From Candidatus Altiarchaeota archaeon (GTDB lineage Archaea > Altiarchaeota > Altiarchaeia > IMC4 > QMZM01), in the NCBI GenBank assembly GCA_038891095.1, contig JAWAEV010000001.1:260468-324467 (forward strand): DNA of 64,000 bases, given 5' to 3'. The position numbers were made by a program, and so were the translations under genes. The notes under the pieces were generated by a model that saw only the letters and a list, made by a program, of their open reading frames with translations, did not search any database and had not been told where the DNA came from. This document shows positions 39,689 to 49,550 of this stretch, piece by piece. Numbering within the stretch: position 1 is the first letter of the stretch; each line of letters opens with the position of its first letter.

Positions 39689-40279
39689 ATGGATAGCAAA
39701 ACTCAAAGCAACAAAGTTATGATAGGAGATTATCTTGGCACAATAGAAGAGTTCCTATTAGGTGAAGGTACTTATGCTGAAAATGGAGAAATTTTTGCTG
39801 CAAGAATTGGAGAGAAAGTTGTTGATAAAGAAAGACATATTGTTAAAGTTATCGGTAAAAAACCTGTTGAATTACAAGTAGGACAAATTGTTTTTGGAAA
39901 AATAATTGATGTGAAAAAAAATTTCATAACTGTGACAATAAAAAAAATTCAAGGTTTTAATGAGGAGTTAGATATAAATGCAAATTTATATGTTGCAAAT
40001 ATTTCAGATAGCTATGTTAACAAACCAGAGGATATGTTTGGGATTGGTGATATAATAAAGGCAAGAGTTATAAAAATTGATATTGATCTTGTAGATATTT
40101 CAACAAAAGGCGATTTTGGAGTTGTAAAAGCATTCTGTAAGAAATGTAGATCTCAATTGGTGAAATCTGAAAAATTCAAAGAACGATTAGTTTGCGAAAG
40201 CTGCGGCAGTAAAGAAGTGAGAAAAATTGCTAGTGATTATGGAAATGTAGTAGAAACGACAACTATGATACATGTCTAA
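39689..40279 (+). CDS. csl4: Exosome complex RNA-binding protein Csl4
   Basis: EEFLLGEGTY, S1 domain and GVVKAFCKKC..CESCG...RKIA. Confidence 0.92.
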   Translation: MDSKTQSNKVMIGDYLGTIEEFLLGEGTYAENGEIFAARIGEKVVDKERHIVKVIGKKPVELQVGQIVFGKIIDVKKNFITVTIKKIQGFNEELDINANLYVANISDSYVNKPEDMFGIGDIIKARVIKIDIDLVDISTKGDFGVVKAFCKKCRSQLVKSEKFKERLVCESCGSKEVRKIASDYGNVVETTTMIHV

Positions 40280-40383
40280 TTCTCGAGTTTATCACATCTT
40301 CAGTTTTGTTTAAGATATACCTTGCAATGTTTTTCCTTGATCAACCAAGATTTTGATATAATAAAAAATTTATTTAAAAAAAT

Positions 40384-41079
40384 TTAAGGTGTAGGTACAA
40401 CGATATCTCCTTCCATAAACCAGCTATTAACTTTCCTTGTTGATATAAAAGGGTCAACAGATTTCACTACCGTAGTAGGTGTTTTAACAATCAGTTTTTT
40501 AGACAATGACGACCATCCAGCATTTTTTAAGTGTTCAGCATTTCTGGTTATGAGAAGTTCTTCTGCAGCTTCTCTAGAGGTTAAATCCCTTGAAAAACTA
40601 AAACTAAATCTATGACTAGTTGATTTAAAACTGTTTGAGAATAATTTGTTTGCAGCTTTAGGTACTGTTACTTTTGTAAACTTGATACCGCCTACCATCA
40701 TAGTGACGCTATCTAATGCATACTCCGCTGCACTATTAAACTTTTGCCTATATCTTTTGTATTTATCTTCTTTAGTTTCCCATGTAGCTCCAGCACCACC
40801 AATTCTCACAGGATTGTTACTTTTAAGGGTTGCGCTTTCGATCTTCCGTGACAACTCCTCGTTTAAGTCAATAGTTTTCTTAATACCAAGAGAACTAATA
40901 GTAAGTCCATCATCTTTTTTTGATAGCATAGAGCTTACGGTCAGTTTAGAAAGTATTAGAGAGCTATCAGAAGAACCTGCAGAAACGAGCAGAGAAAAAA
41001 CAGATAACACCAAAATCAAAAAAACAGATCCAAGAAATAATCGTATAATTTCCATATTCTCAATGCTTTTTATTTTCAT
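40384..41079 (-). CDS. Hypothetical secreted protein
   Basis: N-terminal signal peptide, Ser/Lys-rich; no family recognised. Confidence 0.65.
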   Translation of the reverse strand: MKIKSIENMEIIRLFLGSVFLILVLSVFSLLVSAGSSDSSLILSKLTVSSMLSKKDDGLTISSLGIKKTIDLNEELSRKIESATLKSNNPVRIGGAGATWETKEDKYKRYRQKFNSAAEYALDSVTMMVGGIKFTKVTVPKAANKLFSNSFKSTSHRFSFSFSRDLTSREAAEELLITRNAEHLKNAGWSSLSKKLIVKTPTTVVKSVDPFISTRKVNSWFMEGDIVVPTP

Positions 41080-41465
41080 CTTTGTAGCACCAACAGGTAT
41101 ATGTCTTTCAAGGATATAAAAACTTTCTTTCTCAGATTTACGACATTAGTATAATTTCTATGCAAAATTATCTAAGAGAACATTCGTATTTCTTTCAACA
41201 ATATTAGCTATTCAACTAAATAATAAGATAAACTTCTGTAACAATTTAGCTCATGACCTTCTCTTAATATCTTTGGGCTTTTAGACAATTGTTTTATTAA
41301 TTACTAATCTTATTATCTATCTGAGCAGAGTACCATTTAAACCTAAGGATAATTAAGTTAACTTATCGTAATATTTTTCAATAGCGCACAATAATTTTGC
41401 ATTCCCTAAAAAATTTTTAATATATTATTCCATTAAAAACGAATAATCTCCTTATGTGAGAGAAA

Positions 41466-42434
41466 ATGGGGGTAAACTTAAAAGATATTTTACCGCATGA
41501 AAGAATTGACTTTTCTTTTTTGAAAGGAAAAATTGTTGCTGTAGATGCACTAAATTCATTATATCAATTTTTGTCTTCAATAAGACAACCTGATGGAACT
41601 CCACTGATGGATTCGAAAGGTAGAATTACTTCACATCTATCTGGATTGCTCTACCGAACTGTTAGATTATTGAGTTTAGGTATAAAGCCTATTTATGTTT
41701 TTGATGGTGAAGCACCAAAGCTAAAAATGAGGGAATTAGAACAAAGAAAGGAATTTAAGAGGGAGGCAGAAATTGAATGGAAAAAAGCACTCTCTGAAGG
41801 TAGAATTGAAGATGCAAAAAAATTTGCACAAAGAACATCAAGGGTTACAGATTCTATGCTTGAAGATGCTAAAAATTTACTCAACTTTATGGGAATTCCA
41901 TTTGTTCAAGCTCCAAGCGAAGGTGAAGCGCAATGCGTTTATTTATGCAAAAAAGGTGATGCTTTCTGTGTCGGCTCTCAGGACTATGACTCATTACTTC
42001 TTGGTGCAGAAAAATTAGTTAGAGGTTTAACCCTTTCTGGTACCTTAGAACTTGAAATGATTAAATTGGAGGATGTCCTTAGAGAGTTAGGGATAACAAG
42101 AGAGCAATTAATTGACATTGGAATCTTAGTTGGAACTGACTTTAATGATGGTGTTAAAGGTATTGGCCCAAAAAAAGCTCTGAAAATTGTTAAGGAAGGT
42201 AAATTAAAAACATTGCAATTGGATTTTGATTTAAATGAAATTAGGGAAATTTTTCTGAATCCAAAAGTTTCAGACAACTATAAAGTTGAATTTAAAAGAC
42301 CAAACACTGAAAAATTAGTGGATTTCCTTTGTAATGAGCATGACTTCTCGGAGGATAGAGTTAGAAAAGCCTCTGAGAATTTAGAAAATGCTCTGACAGA
42401 ACTCTCACAAAAAAATTTAAGTGCTTGGTTTTAG
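41466..42434 (+). CDS. fen: Flap endonuclease 1
   Basis: YQFLSSIRQPDGTPL, EGEAQ, SQDYD, GTDFN and C-terminal PIP box QKNLSAWF. Confidence 0.97.
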   Translation: MGVNLKDILPHERIDFSFLKGKIVAVDALNSLYQFLSSIRQPDGTPLMDSKGRITSHLSGLLYRTVRLLSLGIKPIYVFDGEAPKLKMRELEQRKEFKREAEIEWKKALSEGRIEDAKKFAQRTSRVTDSMLEDAKNLLNFMGIPFVQAPSEGEAQCVYLCKKGDAFCVGSQDYDSLLLGAEKLVRGLTLSGTLELEMIKLEDVLRELGITREQLIDIGILVGTDFNDGVKGIGPKKALKIVKEGKLKTLQLDFDLNEIREIFLNPKVSDNYKVEFKRPNTEKLVDFLCNEHDFSEDRVRKASENLENALTELSQKNLSAWF

Positions 42435-42547
42435 CAGTTATCATTAATCTTAGTGCAATTATTTTATTATTAAATCCTTTCTTTATAAATTTAGACATTT
42501 ATTATTCAAATTTTAATGTTTAATAGGAAAATTTTTAGTTGTTTAAT

Positions 42548-43048
42548 ATGAATGTTGCTAAAATGGAAAAAATTGATAAAAATTGGAGGGTTGTAAATTT
42601 ATTGAAAGTTTTTATTTTTGTTTTTTTCTTAGCAATTTTTATTTATTCTGCCCCATATATATGGAATGCGATTGGTATAGGGACTAATGTTCCATTATTT
42701 AACATAAAACAAGAAATTTTTCTTTTTTTGTTTTCATTAATTACATTTTTTATTCTGCTCTACATAATTTGGATATATCTTTTTTATAGAAATTTTCACT
42801 ATGAATTAGCTAAGGACTTTGTTAGGATAAAGAAGGGTATTTTAACAAAGAGCGAGATAATGATACCATACAGCAAGATAAGAGATGTCAAAATTTCTCA
42901 GGGAATTTTACAAAGATTTTTTAATATATCAACTCTAACAATTGAGTTAATAAGTTATAGCGAAGCTGACATTGTTGAAAGTGAAATTCCAGGAATAGCA
43001 AAAGCTGATAAAGTTGCAGAAAAAATATTATTAAAGGTAAAAGGTTAA
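42548..43048 (+). CDS. Membrane protein with bacterial PH (bPH_2) domain
   Basis: Two TMs followed by IKKGIL...IPYSKIRDVKISQGILQRFF. Confidence 0.8.
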   Translation: MNVAKMEKIDKNWRVVNLLKVFIFVFFLAIFIYSAPYIWNAIGIGTNVPLFNIKQEIFLFLFSLITFFILLYIIWIYLFYRNFHYELAKDFVRIKKGILTKSEIMIPYSKIRDVKISQGILQRFFNISTLTIELISYSEADIVESEIPGIAKADKVAEKILLKVKG

Positions 43049-43101
43049 TTAGGAAAGTTAAAAATTTAATATATTTTCTTTTCTTCTTTAATTATTTTGA
43101 T

Positions 43102-44013
43102 ATGAAGATAATTTTTCTTGGTACTTCGGGGGCTGTGCCAACTAAGGAAAGAAACCTCTCTTCAATTTTTTTGGAATATCTTGGAAATTATTTTTTGTTT
43201 GACTGTGGTGAAGGCACACAAAGACAGATGCTTAATGCGAAGATAAATTTTATGAGAATAAATCATATTTTCATTTCACATCTACATGCTGACCACTTTT
43301 TGGGCTTAGGTGGTTTAATACAAAGTATGAATTTTTTAGACAGGAAGAAGGAATTATGTCTCTATGGGCCAAAGGGTTTTAGGAAAACAATGGAACATAT
43401 GCTCTCTATGGGTACATTTATTTTAAATTCCTTTTCTATAAAAGTTCATGAAATTTCTGGAGGTATTGTTCTTGAAGATGATCGCTATTTAATTTCCGCA
43501 ATTAAAAATTCTCACAATATTAACTCTTTAGCATATAAATTTGAGGAAAAACCAAAGAGAAAATTTTTGAAAGAGAAAGCTCTTAAGCTTGGAATTCCTG
43601 AAGGCCCACTATTCTCAAAATTGCAAAAAGGGAAAGAGGTTATTATTTCTGGAAGAAAAATTTCACCAGATGAAGTATTATCAGAACCAATTCAAGGCAG
43701 AAAAGTTGTTTATTCCGGAGATACAAAATTTTGCAAAGAGCTTATTGAATTTGCAAAAAATGCAGATGTTCTAATACATGAATCAACATTCTCTGAAAAT
43801 GAAAGAGAAAAAGCTGATGATTCAGGACATTCAACAGCAAAAGATGCTGCAACTATTGCAAAAGAAGCAAATGTAAAAAAACTTTTTTTGACTCATATTT
43901 CTCAAAGATACGTCAATCCTGAAATTCTAGAAAAAGAGGCAAGAGAGATTTTCCATGAAAGTTATATTGCAAAGGATTTTCTAAAAATAAAAATTGAGAA
44001 GCACGATATTTAG
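43102..44013 (+). CDS. rnz: Ribonuclease Z
   Basis: FLGTS, DCGEGTQ, SHLHADH, HESTF, GHST and LTHISQRY motifs. Confidence 0.96.
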   Translation: MKIIFLGTSGAVPTKERNLSSIFLEYLGNYFLFDCGEGTQRQMLNAKINFMRINHIFISHLHADHFLGLGGLIQSMNFLDRKKELCLYGPKGFRKTMEHMLSMGTFILNSFSIKVHEISGGIVLEDDRYLISAIKNSHNINSLAYKFEEKPKRKFLKEKALKLGIPEGPLFSKLQKGKEVIISGRKISPDEVLSEPIQGRKVVYSGDTKFCKELIEFAKNADVLIHESTFSENEREKADDSGHSTAKDAATIAKEANVKKLFLTHISQRYVNPEILEKEAREIFHESYIAKDFLKIKIEKHDI

Positions 44014-44050
44014 TTTTGTTTTGAAATATATTATTAATAGTTTTAATTTT

Positions 44051-44124
44051 GGGATCGTGGGGTAGTTTGGTTATCCTTCGAGCTTTGGGAGCTCGCGACC
44101 GGAGTTCAAATCTCCGCGATCCCA
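44051..44124 (+). tRNA. tRNA-Pro(UGG)
   Basis: GGGATCG..CGAGC TT TGG GA GCTCG..GGAGTTCAAATCTCC G CGATCCC A cloverleaf. Confidence 0.95.
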
Positions 44125-44141
44125 CTATGCTCATTTTTAAA

Positions 44142-45686
44142 ATGGAAGTTAAAGTCAGAACTATTGATCTAGACGCTGGTGGAAAAAATATCGTAATTCT
44201 TAATAAGAATGATGCTGAAGAGCTTGGTGTTTATCCCCTCGATAGAGTTATGTTAGAATATAAAGGAAAGGCTACGACTGCTATTGTGAATACAAGTGAA
44301 AAATTTGTAAAAAAAGGGGAGATTCTTGTTTATAATGAAGTAAAACAAGAGTTGAACTTGCGAGGATATGCTAAGGTTAATGTAAAAAGAAGGGAAAAAC
44401 TTAGCTCGAAGGAGTTTATAAGACAAAAAATAGAGGGTTTACAACTTCGTAAGAATGAATTAGAAAGTATTGTTAACGATGTTGTAGAGAAAAAACTAAA
44501 TGATCTGGAACTTGCGGCGTTTATCACAAGTTTGTATATTCATGGGATTTCAATTGAGGAGGCAGCGTATCTAAGCGAGGTAATAGCTAATGGCGGAGAA
44601 CAATTAAGATGGGATAAGGAGTATGTCATGGATAAACACAGTTTAGGTGGTGTTCCAGGAGATAAAACAACTCTTTTAGTTGTGCCAATAGTTGCTTCTG
44701 CTAATCTAACTATTCCAAAAACTTCTTCAAGAGCAATAACTTCCCCAGCTGGCACAGCAGATAGAGCAGAATGTATAATGCCTGTTAACTTATCAGTCAA
44801 AGAAATAAAAAAAGTTGTTGAAAAAACAAATGCATGTATTGCATGGGGAGGGGCATTAAACATGGCTCCTGCAGATGATCTTTTTATAAGAATAGAATAT
44901 CCATTAGATTTAGATCCACTATTTATGCCATCAATAATGGCAAAGAAAAAAGCTGCTGGCTCAACACATTTAGTTTTAGATTTGCCCACAGGTTCTGGAA
45001 CAAAAATTGAAAATCTTGAAAATGCTAAAAAAATTGCTGAAAATTTTCTTGATTTAGGACAAAAGTTAGGAATTAAAGTGCAATGTGCAATAACTTTTGG
45101 TGAGGAACCAATTGGAAATTGTATTGGTCCAGCTTTAGAAGCAAGAGAAGCTCTGATGGCATTAAAAACAGGCAAGCCAAAAGACTTAGTTGAGAAAGCA
45201 TGCTCTTTAGCAGGAATTTTATTTAGCATGGTTGGAAAAGGTGATAAAAAAACAGCTTATAAAATACTGCACTCTGGAAAAGCAGAGAAAAAATTTAGAG
45301 AGATTATAGCAGAGCAAGGAGGAGATGAAAAAATTCATTTTGAGGATATAAAAGTTGGTGAAAAAACTAAAGACTTCTGTGCTGAATGCTCAGGAGTGAT
45401 TCTCAGCATAAAGAATCATGAAATTGCAAAAACTGCAAAAATTGCTGGAGCACCAAAAGATAAAGAAGCAGGAATTTTGCTGTATAAAAAAATTGGAGAA
45501 TTTGTTGAAAAAGGTGAACCATTGTTTAGAATATATGCAAAGAAAGATGAAAAACTAAGAGAAGCTGCTGAATTTGCAACTAAAACAAATCCTTTTGTTA
45601 TTGTGAGTAAGAACAAAAATATGGTTATGGAAATTTTGAGTAAAAGAGAAAATAGCTATAGAAAAGTTTTCACAATTGAAAGGTAA
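44142..45686 (+). CDS. deoA: AMP phosphorylase (archaeal NMP phosphorylase)
   Basis: DKHSLGGVPG, PKTSSRAITSPAGTAD and GPALEARE motifs; true start at MEVKV. Confidence 0.93.
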   Translation: MEVKVRTIDLDAGGKNIVILNKNDAEELGVYPLDRVMLEYKGKATTAIVNTSEKFVKKGEILVYNEVKQELNLRGYAKVNVKRREKLSSKEFIRQKIEGLQLRKNELESIVNDVVEKKLNDLELAAFITSLYIHGISIEEAAYLSEVIANGGEQLRWDKEYVMDKHSLGGVPGDKTTLLVVPIVASANLTIPKTSSRAITSPAGTADRAECIMPVNLSVKEIKKVVEKTNACIAWGGALNMAPADDLFIRIEYPLDLDPLFMPSIMAKKKAAGSTHLVLDLPTGSGTKIENLENAKKIAENFLDLGQKLGIKVQCAITFGEEPIGNCIGPALEAREALMALKTGKPKDLVEKACSLAGILFSMVGKGDKKTAYKILHSGKAEKKFREIIAEQGGDEKIHFEDIKVGEKTKDFCAECSGVILSIKNHEIAKTAKIAGAPKDKEAGILLYKKIGEFVEKGEPLFRIYAKKDEKLREAAEFATKTNPFVIVSKNKNMVMEILSKRENSYRKVFTIER

Positions 45687-45692
45687 CTTAGA

Positions 45693-46493
45693 ATGTATGT
45701 GGTGAAAGCATCTGGTAGAAAAGAAGAATTTGATGAAAAGAAAATTTTTAGAACTTGTATTAGAGCAGGTGCGTCTAAAAAATTTGCAAATGAAGTTGCA
45801 AAATCTGTAAAAGAGAAATGCTATGAGGGTATTACAACAAGAGAGATCTTGGAGTTAACACTAAAATTTCTAAAAAAGGAAAGGCCAGGAATTTCTTCAA
45901 GATATGACTTAAAAAGGGCAATTATGTGTCTTGGTCCAACAGGATTTCCATTTGAGCAATTTTTTGCTGAGATTTTGCAGAACTATGGATATGAAACCTG
46001 TGTTAGAAAAATTTTCAATGGTAAATGTGTTGAACAGGAAGTCGACATTGCAGCAAAAAAAGATTCACTTAAGTATATGATAGAATGTAAGTATCATAAC
46101 GAACTCGGAATTTATACTGGACTAAAAGTTGCACTCTATACATATGCAAGATTTCTTGATTTAAGTGATAAATTTGATAAAGCATGGCTTGTTTGTAATA
46201 CAAAACTCACTAATGAGGCAATAAAATATTCAAATTGTGTTGGAATAAAAATAACAAGTTGGCACTATCCAAAAGATGAAAGTCTTGAAAAATTGATTGA
46301 GAAAAAAAAGCTTTACCCTATAACAATTTTAAAATCTTTAAATTTTTGTGAGAAGATAAAGGTAATGCAAGCAAATTTTTTGCTAATTGAAGATTTTCTT
46401 AGGTATAGTAAAGAAGAGCTCAGAAAGAGAACTAAAATAAAAATGGGAAGTTTAGAAAAAGCAATTGAAGAGACAAAGAATATTTTGTTATAA
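45693..46493 (+). CDS. ATP-cone plus Mrr-like restriction endonuclease domain protein
   Basis: N-terminal YVVKASGRKEEFD (ATP cone); GPTGFPFE and EVDI..MIECKYHN (PD-(D/E)xK). Confidence 0.82.
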   Translation: MYVVKASGRKEEFDEKKIFRTCIRAGASKKFANEVAKSVKEKCYEGITTREILELTLKFLKKERPGISSRYDLKRAIMCLGPTGFPFEQFFAEILQNYGYETCVRKIFNGKCVEQEVDIAAKKDSLKYMIECKYHNELGIYTGLKVALYTYARFLDLSDKFDKAWLVCNTKLTNEAIKYSNCVGIKITSWHYPKDESLEKLIEKKKLYPITILKSLNFCEKIKVMQANFLLIEDFLRYSKEELRKRTKIKMGSLEKAIEETKNILL

Positions 46494-46500
46494 TTTAAAT

Positions 46501-47100
46501 TTATTTTCCTTTCCTCTCATGAGCTTTTATACTGGGTCTTAATTTCTCTGTACCTTTACCCTTCTTTGTTAAGCCGCGAGATTTTTTTCCAGCTGGAGTT
46601 AAGCCTCGATAAACTCTTTTTGTATGCTGCTTTTCACAAATCCAGTTTATATCTTTATCTGCTTTTATTGCAGGGTGGTGTTTATCAACAAGTATGACCT
46701 CGTACCATTTATGTTTTCCATCTTCTAAAATCCAATAAGAACCAAGAACTTCCAAATTTGGAAATTTTTTTTGAGCACGTTCTTCTGCAATTCTTTGAAT
46801 TGATTTTTCTGGAGTTATCTTTTCAACACCCATCCTCTTTGGTCCTCTTCCAGAATTTGGCCTTGATTTTCTCATACCACCTTTTCTTACTCTTACCCTA
46901 GCAATAACAAAACCCTGCTTTGATTTATAGCCATATCTTCTTGCTTTGTCAATTCTTGTTGGTTTTTCTATTCTCACAACAGATGCTGAATCTCTGAAAA
47001 TTTTTTTCCTTTCAAGAAGAAGTTTTTTTAACTCCTTATTTTCCCTGCTTTTCTTTGTTATTCCACGATATAGTTCCTTAACATATTTGTAATAGCCCAT
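46501..47100 (-). CDS. rpl15e: 50S ribosomal protein L15e
   Basis: PTRIDKARRYGYKSKQG, NLEVLGSYW and RGLTPAGKKSRGL motifs. Confidence 0.97.
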   Translation of the reverse strand: MGYYKYVKELYRGITKKSRENKELKKLLLERKKIFRDSASVVRIEKPTRIDKARRYGYKSKQGFVIARVRVRKGGMRKSRPNSGRGPKRMGVEKITPEKSIQRIAEERAQKKFPNLEVLGSYWILEDGKHKWYEVILVDKHHPAIKADKDINWICEKQHTKRVYRGLTPAGKKSRGLTKKGKGTEKLRPSIKAHERKGK

Positions 47101-47106
47101 TTTTAT

Positions 47107-47147
47107 ACCCTTGTGGATTCAAGATAAGCTCACATTTCCGAACGGGT
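47107..47147 (-). promoter_or_regulatory. Putative structured 5' leader of rpl15e
   Basis: GC-rich foldable segment ACCC-GUUCGG...CUUGAAU-CCACAA-GGGU immediately before the start codon in an AT-rich intergenic region. Confidence 0.45.
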
Positions 47148-47210
47148 TTATTAATCTTTCTTCTAATATTCTTTTATATTCTCAGTTAATGAATAAAAAT
47201 AAGCATTGAA

Positions 47211-47834
47211 ATGCCACTAAGAGCAATACTAAGATTTCTAAGGAGATTTTTTTGGAGGAAAAAAGTTATAAGATTGGGCTTATATGGCCCACCTAACTCA
47301 GGAAAGACAACACTAGCAAACAGAATCTCTATTGACTGGACTGGTGAACCAGTTGGAACTGTTTCTGAAATTCCACATGAAACAAGAGAAGTTCAAAAGA
47401 AAGAGCGAATAACAGTGAGGTTTGGAAATAAAAAAATCGTGATGAGTTTAATTGATATGCCGGGAATTGCAACAAAAATCGACTATGAAGAATTCCTTAA
47501 ATATGGGCTAACAAAAGAAAATGCAAAACAAAGAGCAAAAGAAGCAACGAAAGGTGTAATAGAAGCAATAAAATGGCTTGAGCATGTTGATACTGCATTA
47601 GTTGTTTTAGATTCGACAAAGGATCCATACACACAAGTTAATATAACAATAATTGGAAATCTTGAAGCAAGAAAAATTCCAGTTATATTAGTTGCGAATA
47701 AAACTGATTTAAAAGATTCAAAACCAGAATTGGTTGAAGAAGCATTTCCACAGCATCCGGTTGTGAAAGTTTCAGCTCTTAAGGGATATAATTTAGAAGA
47801 ATTATACAACGCTATATATAAATATTCAAAATGA
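47211..47834 (+). CDS. Era-like GTP-binding protein (OapA)
   Basis: GPPNSGKTT, PHETR, DMPG and ANKTD motifs; first gene of the oap triad. Confidence 0.88.
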   Translation: MPLRAILRFLRRFFWRKKVIRLGLYGPPNSGKTTLANRISIDWTGEPVGTVSEIPHETREVQKKERITVRFGNKKIVMSLIDMPGIATKIDYEEFLKYGLTKENAKQRAKEATKGVIEAIKWLEHVDTALVVLDSTKDPYTQVNITIIGNLEARKIPVILVANKTDLKDSKPELVEEAFPQHPVVKVSALKGYNLEELYNAIYKYSK

Positions 47835-48184
47835 AAATAGAGCTCGAATTTATTTCATCAGATGTTCTTAACCCAATGGGCGAGGACAGTAAAATAGAGT
47901 ATATCATAGAAAAGATAAAAAAGGATAAAATTATCATAACAGATGATAACCTCTCTCATAGAGAAGAAGCTCGGCTTATTGAGGAAACAATGAAAAGGAT
48001 AAATGAGAATTTTCCAGGAATTGAAGTTTCAACACTTGGAGAGACAAAACAAGGGATTAGAGAAAAGCTTATAAGACTACTTGGTGGAAAAACAGGCGGG
48101 CTTACAATAATTGGACCTTCCAAGCTAATAAGAAAAATAAAAAAAGAGCCACAACAAATCTTTGTTTTAGCTGAGAAGAAATAA
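47831..48184 (+). CDS. DUF2073 protein (OapB/ArvB family)
   Basis: EEARLIEETM..FPGIEV and GLTIIGPS motifs. Confidence 0.82.
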   Translation: MKIELEFISSDVLNPMGEDSKIEYIIEKIKKDKIIITDDNLSHREEARLIEETMKRINENFPGIEVSTLGETKQGIREKLIRLLGGKTGGLTIIGPSKLIRKIKKEPQQIFVLAEKK

Positions 48185-48185
48185 A

Positions 48186-48566
48186 ATGCCTCATAAATGT
48201 GCTCGTTGCGGAGAAATTTATGATGATGGCGCTCCTGAATTAATTCAAGGTTGCAAATGCGGAGCAAGGGTTTTTTTATATATTCGTGTTGGAGAAAACG
48301 AAAGTAAAGAGGAGGTTATTGCTAAGCTGAAGGGAAAAGAAATTTCAAGTTCTGATTTAGAATGGTTAGATAAGGAATTTGGAGATAAATTACAAGCAGA
48401 AGGAAAGACAATACATCTTGATGTTGAGACATTAGAAAGAATTGATGAAGGTAAATTTAAATTAGATGTTGCCTCTTTAATGAGAGGAAAACCAGTGGTT
48501 ATAAAAGCAAAGGAAGGAGTTTATTACATAGATATCCCATATGCATTTAAGAAAAAGAAGAAATAA
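48186..48566 (+). CDS. Zn-ribbon protein (OapC/ArvC family, DUF2072)
   Basis: MPHKCARCG..GCKCG..FLY and EGVYYID motifs. Confidence 0.82.
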   Translation: MPHKCARCGEIYDDGAPELIQGCKCGARVFLYIRVGENESKEEVIAKLKGKEISSSDLEWLDKEFGDKLQAEGKTIHLDVETLERIDEGKFKLDVASLMRGKPVVIKAKEGVYYIDIPYAFKKKKK

Positions 48567-48671
48567 CAGATGAAAATTTAGTAGATAAAAAAGTCTAATG
48601 TAGGATGCCAGAATATCTCCTTCTAATATTTACTTTGCAATAGTTATGATACATGAAAGAGAATTTATAAG

Positions 48672-49499
48672 TTAAACTTTCAACTTTGAGGAAATTTCTT
48701 TTGCTTGAAAATTTGCTTTTTGAAGCAAATAAGGAATTGTTTCTTTTGTTGGAATTTCTGTATTTAATGCCAAATTTAAAGTTTCGTTATATGCTCGTTG
48801 GATGAACAACTTTACAGTGTATTTAGTATAGAAATTTAAATTTAGTGATAAATTTATTGCCTCTCTTATTGCAGAATTAATTTTTTGATTAACAACATTT
48901 TTATTAATCATGAGAACATCTCTGCTGTAGATTAAACCATTATTATAAATCGCTCTTATACTGAACGAAATTTCTTTTGGAAAAACATTTAATCTTGGTA
49001 AAATTGCTGCAAGTTCTTTTGAAATAGAACTATTTGCTTTTGCAACAACTGAATTCTCTGTGACAAAAATTTTTCCACCCTTTATCTGAGCTTTTATGCC
49101 AACTTTTTGTAGTTCTGCAAGAATAGGTCCTGCTCTCAGACTTGTTTCTCCTGCAGGAATGACTATATCATAAGGTGCTTTATCTCCAGGTTTTAGTGGT
49201 GCAAATGTTTTATTTTCTTCAATTAGACTATTTACTTGTAATGGATCTAATTCTGAGAGCAATAATGCTGTTGAACCTTCAACCTCATTTACAATTTTGC
49301 TAAGTTTTGATTTTTCAAGAGCCTTTTTTATAATGCTTTTCTTACTAACATATATCTGAAGTTTATCCCTTAACTTTTTTCTCATAAGTTGAAATTGCTT
49401 TGAAGGAATTCCTAAAATTCCAACAACTGCAACTGTTTTTGATTCAGAAATTTTCTTTGATAATTCTTCAACTTGCCTTAGTTTCCAATCTGCAACCAT
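48672..49499 (-). CDS. rplP0: 50S ribosomal protein L10 (P0/uL10)
   Basis: VADWK..VEEL, QLMRKKLR and APYDIVIPAGET; lacks the acidic C-terminal tail. Confidence 0.9.
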   Translation of the reverse strand: MVADWKLRQVEELSKKISESKTVAVVGILGIPSKQFQLMRKKLRDKLQIYVSKKSIIKKALEKSKLSKIVNEVEGSTALLLSELDPLQVNSLIEENKTFAPLKPGDKAPYDIVIPAGETSLRAGPILAELQKVGIKAQIKGGKIFVTENSVVAKANSSISKELAAILPRLNVFPKEISFSIRAIYNNGLIYSRDVLMINKNVVNQKINSAIREAINLSLNLNFYTKYTVKLFIQRAYNETLNLALNTEIPTKETIPYLLQKANFQAKEISSKLKV

Positions 49500-49550
49500 T
49501 TTGAGAAATAAAATATATAATAGCAGTTGTTATTTAAATTAGAATCTAAA

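Noticed and set aside
41080-41465. AT-rich 385-bp gap as a possible replication origin or ncRNA
   Set aside because: No ORB-like repeats, no adjacent cdc6/orc1 and no convincing structure visible; probably divergent promoters or decayed sequence.
44049-44141. N-terminal extension of the AMP phosphorylase ORF
   Set aside because: It overlaps tRNA-Pro; the real start is ATG 44142.
47100-48670. Replication origin next to the oapABC genes
   Set aside because: The flanking intergenic regions are only about 100 bp and show no ORB motifs.
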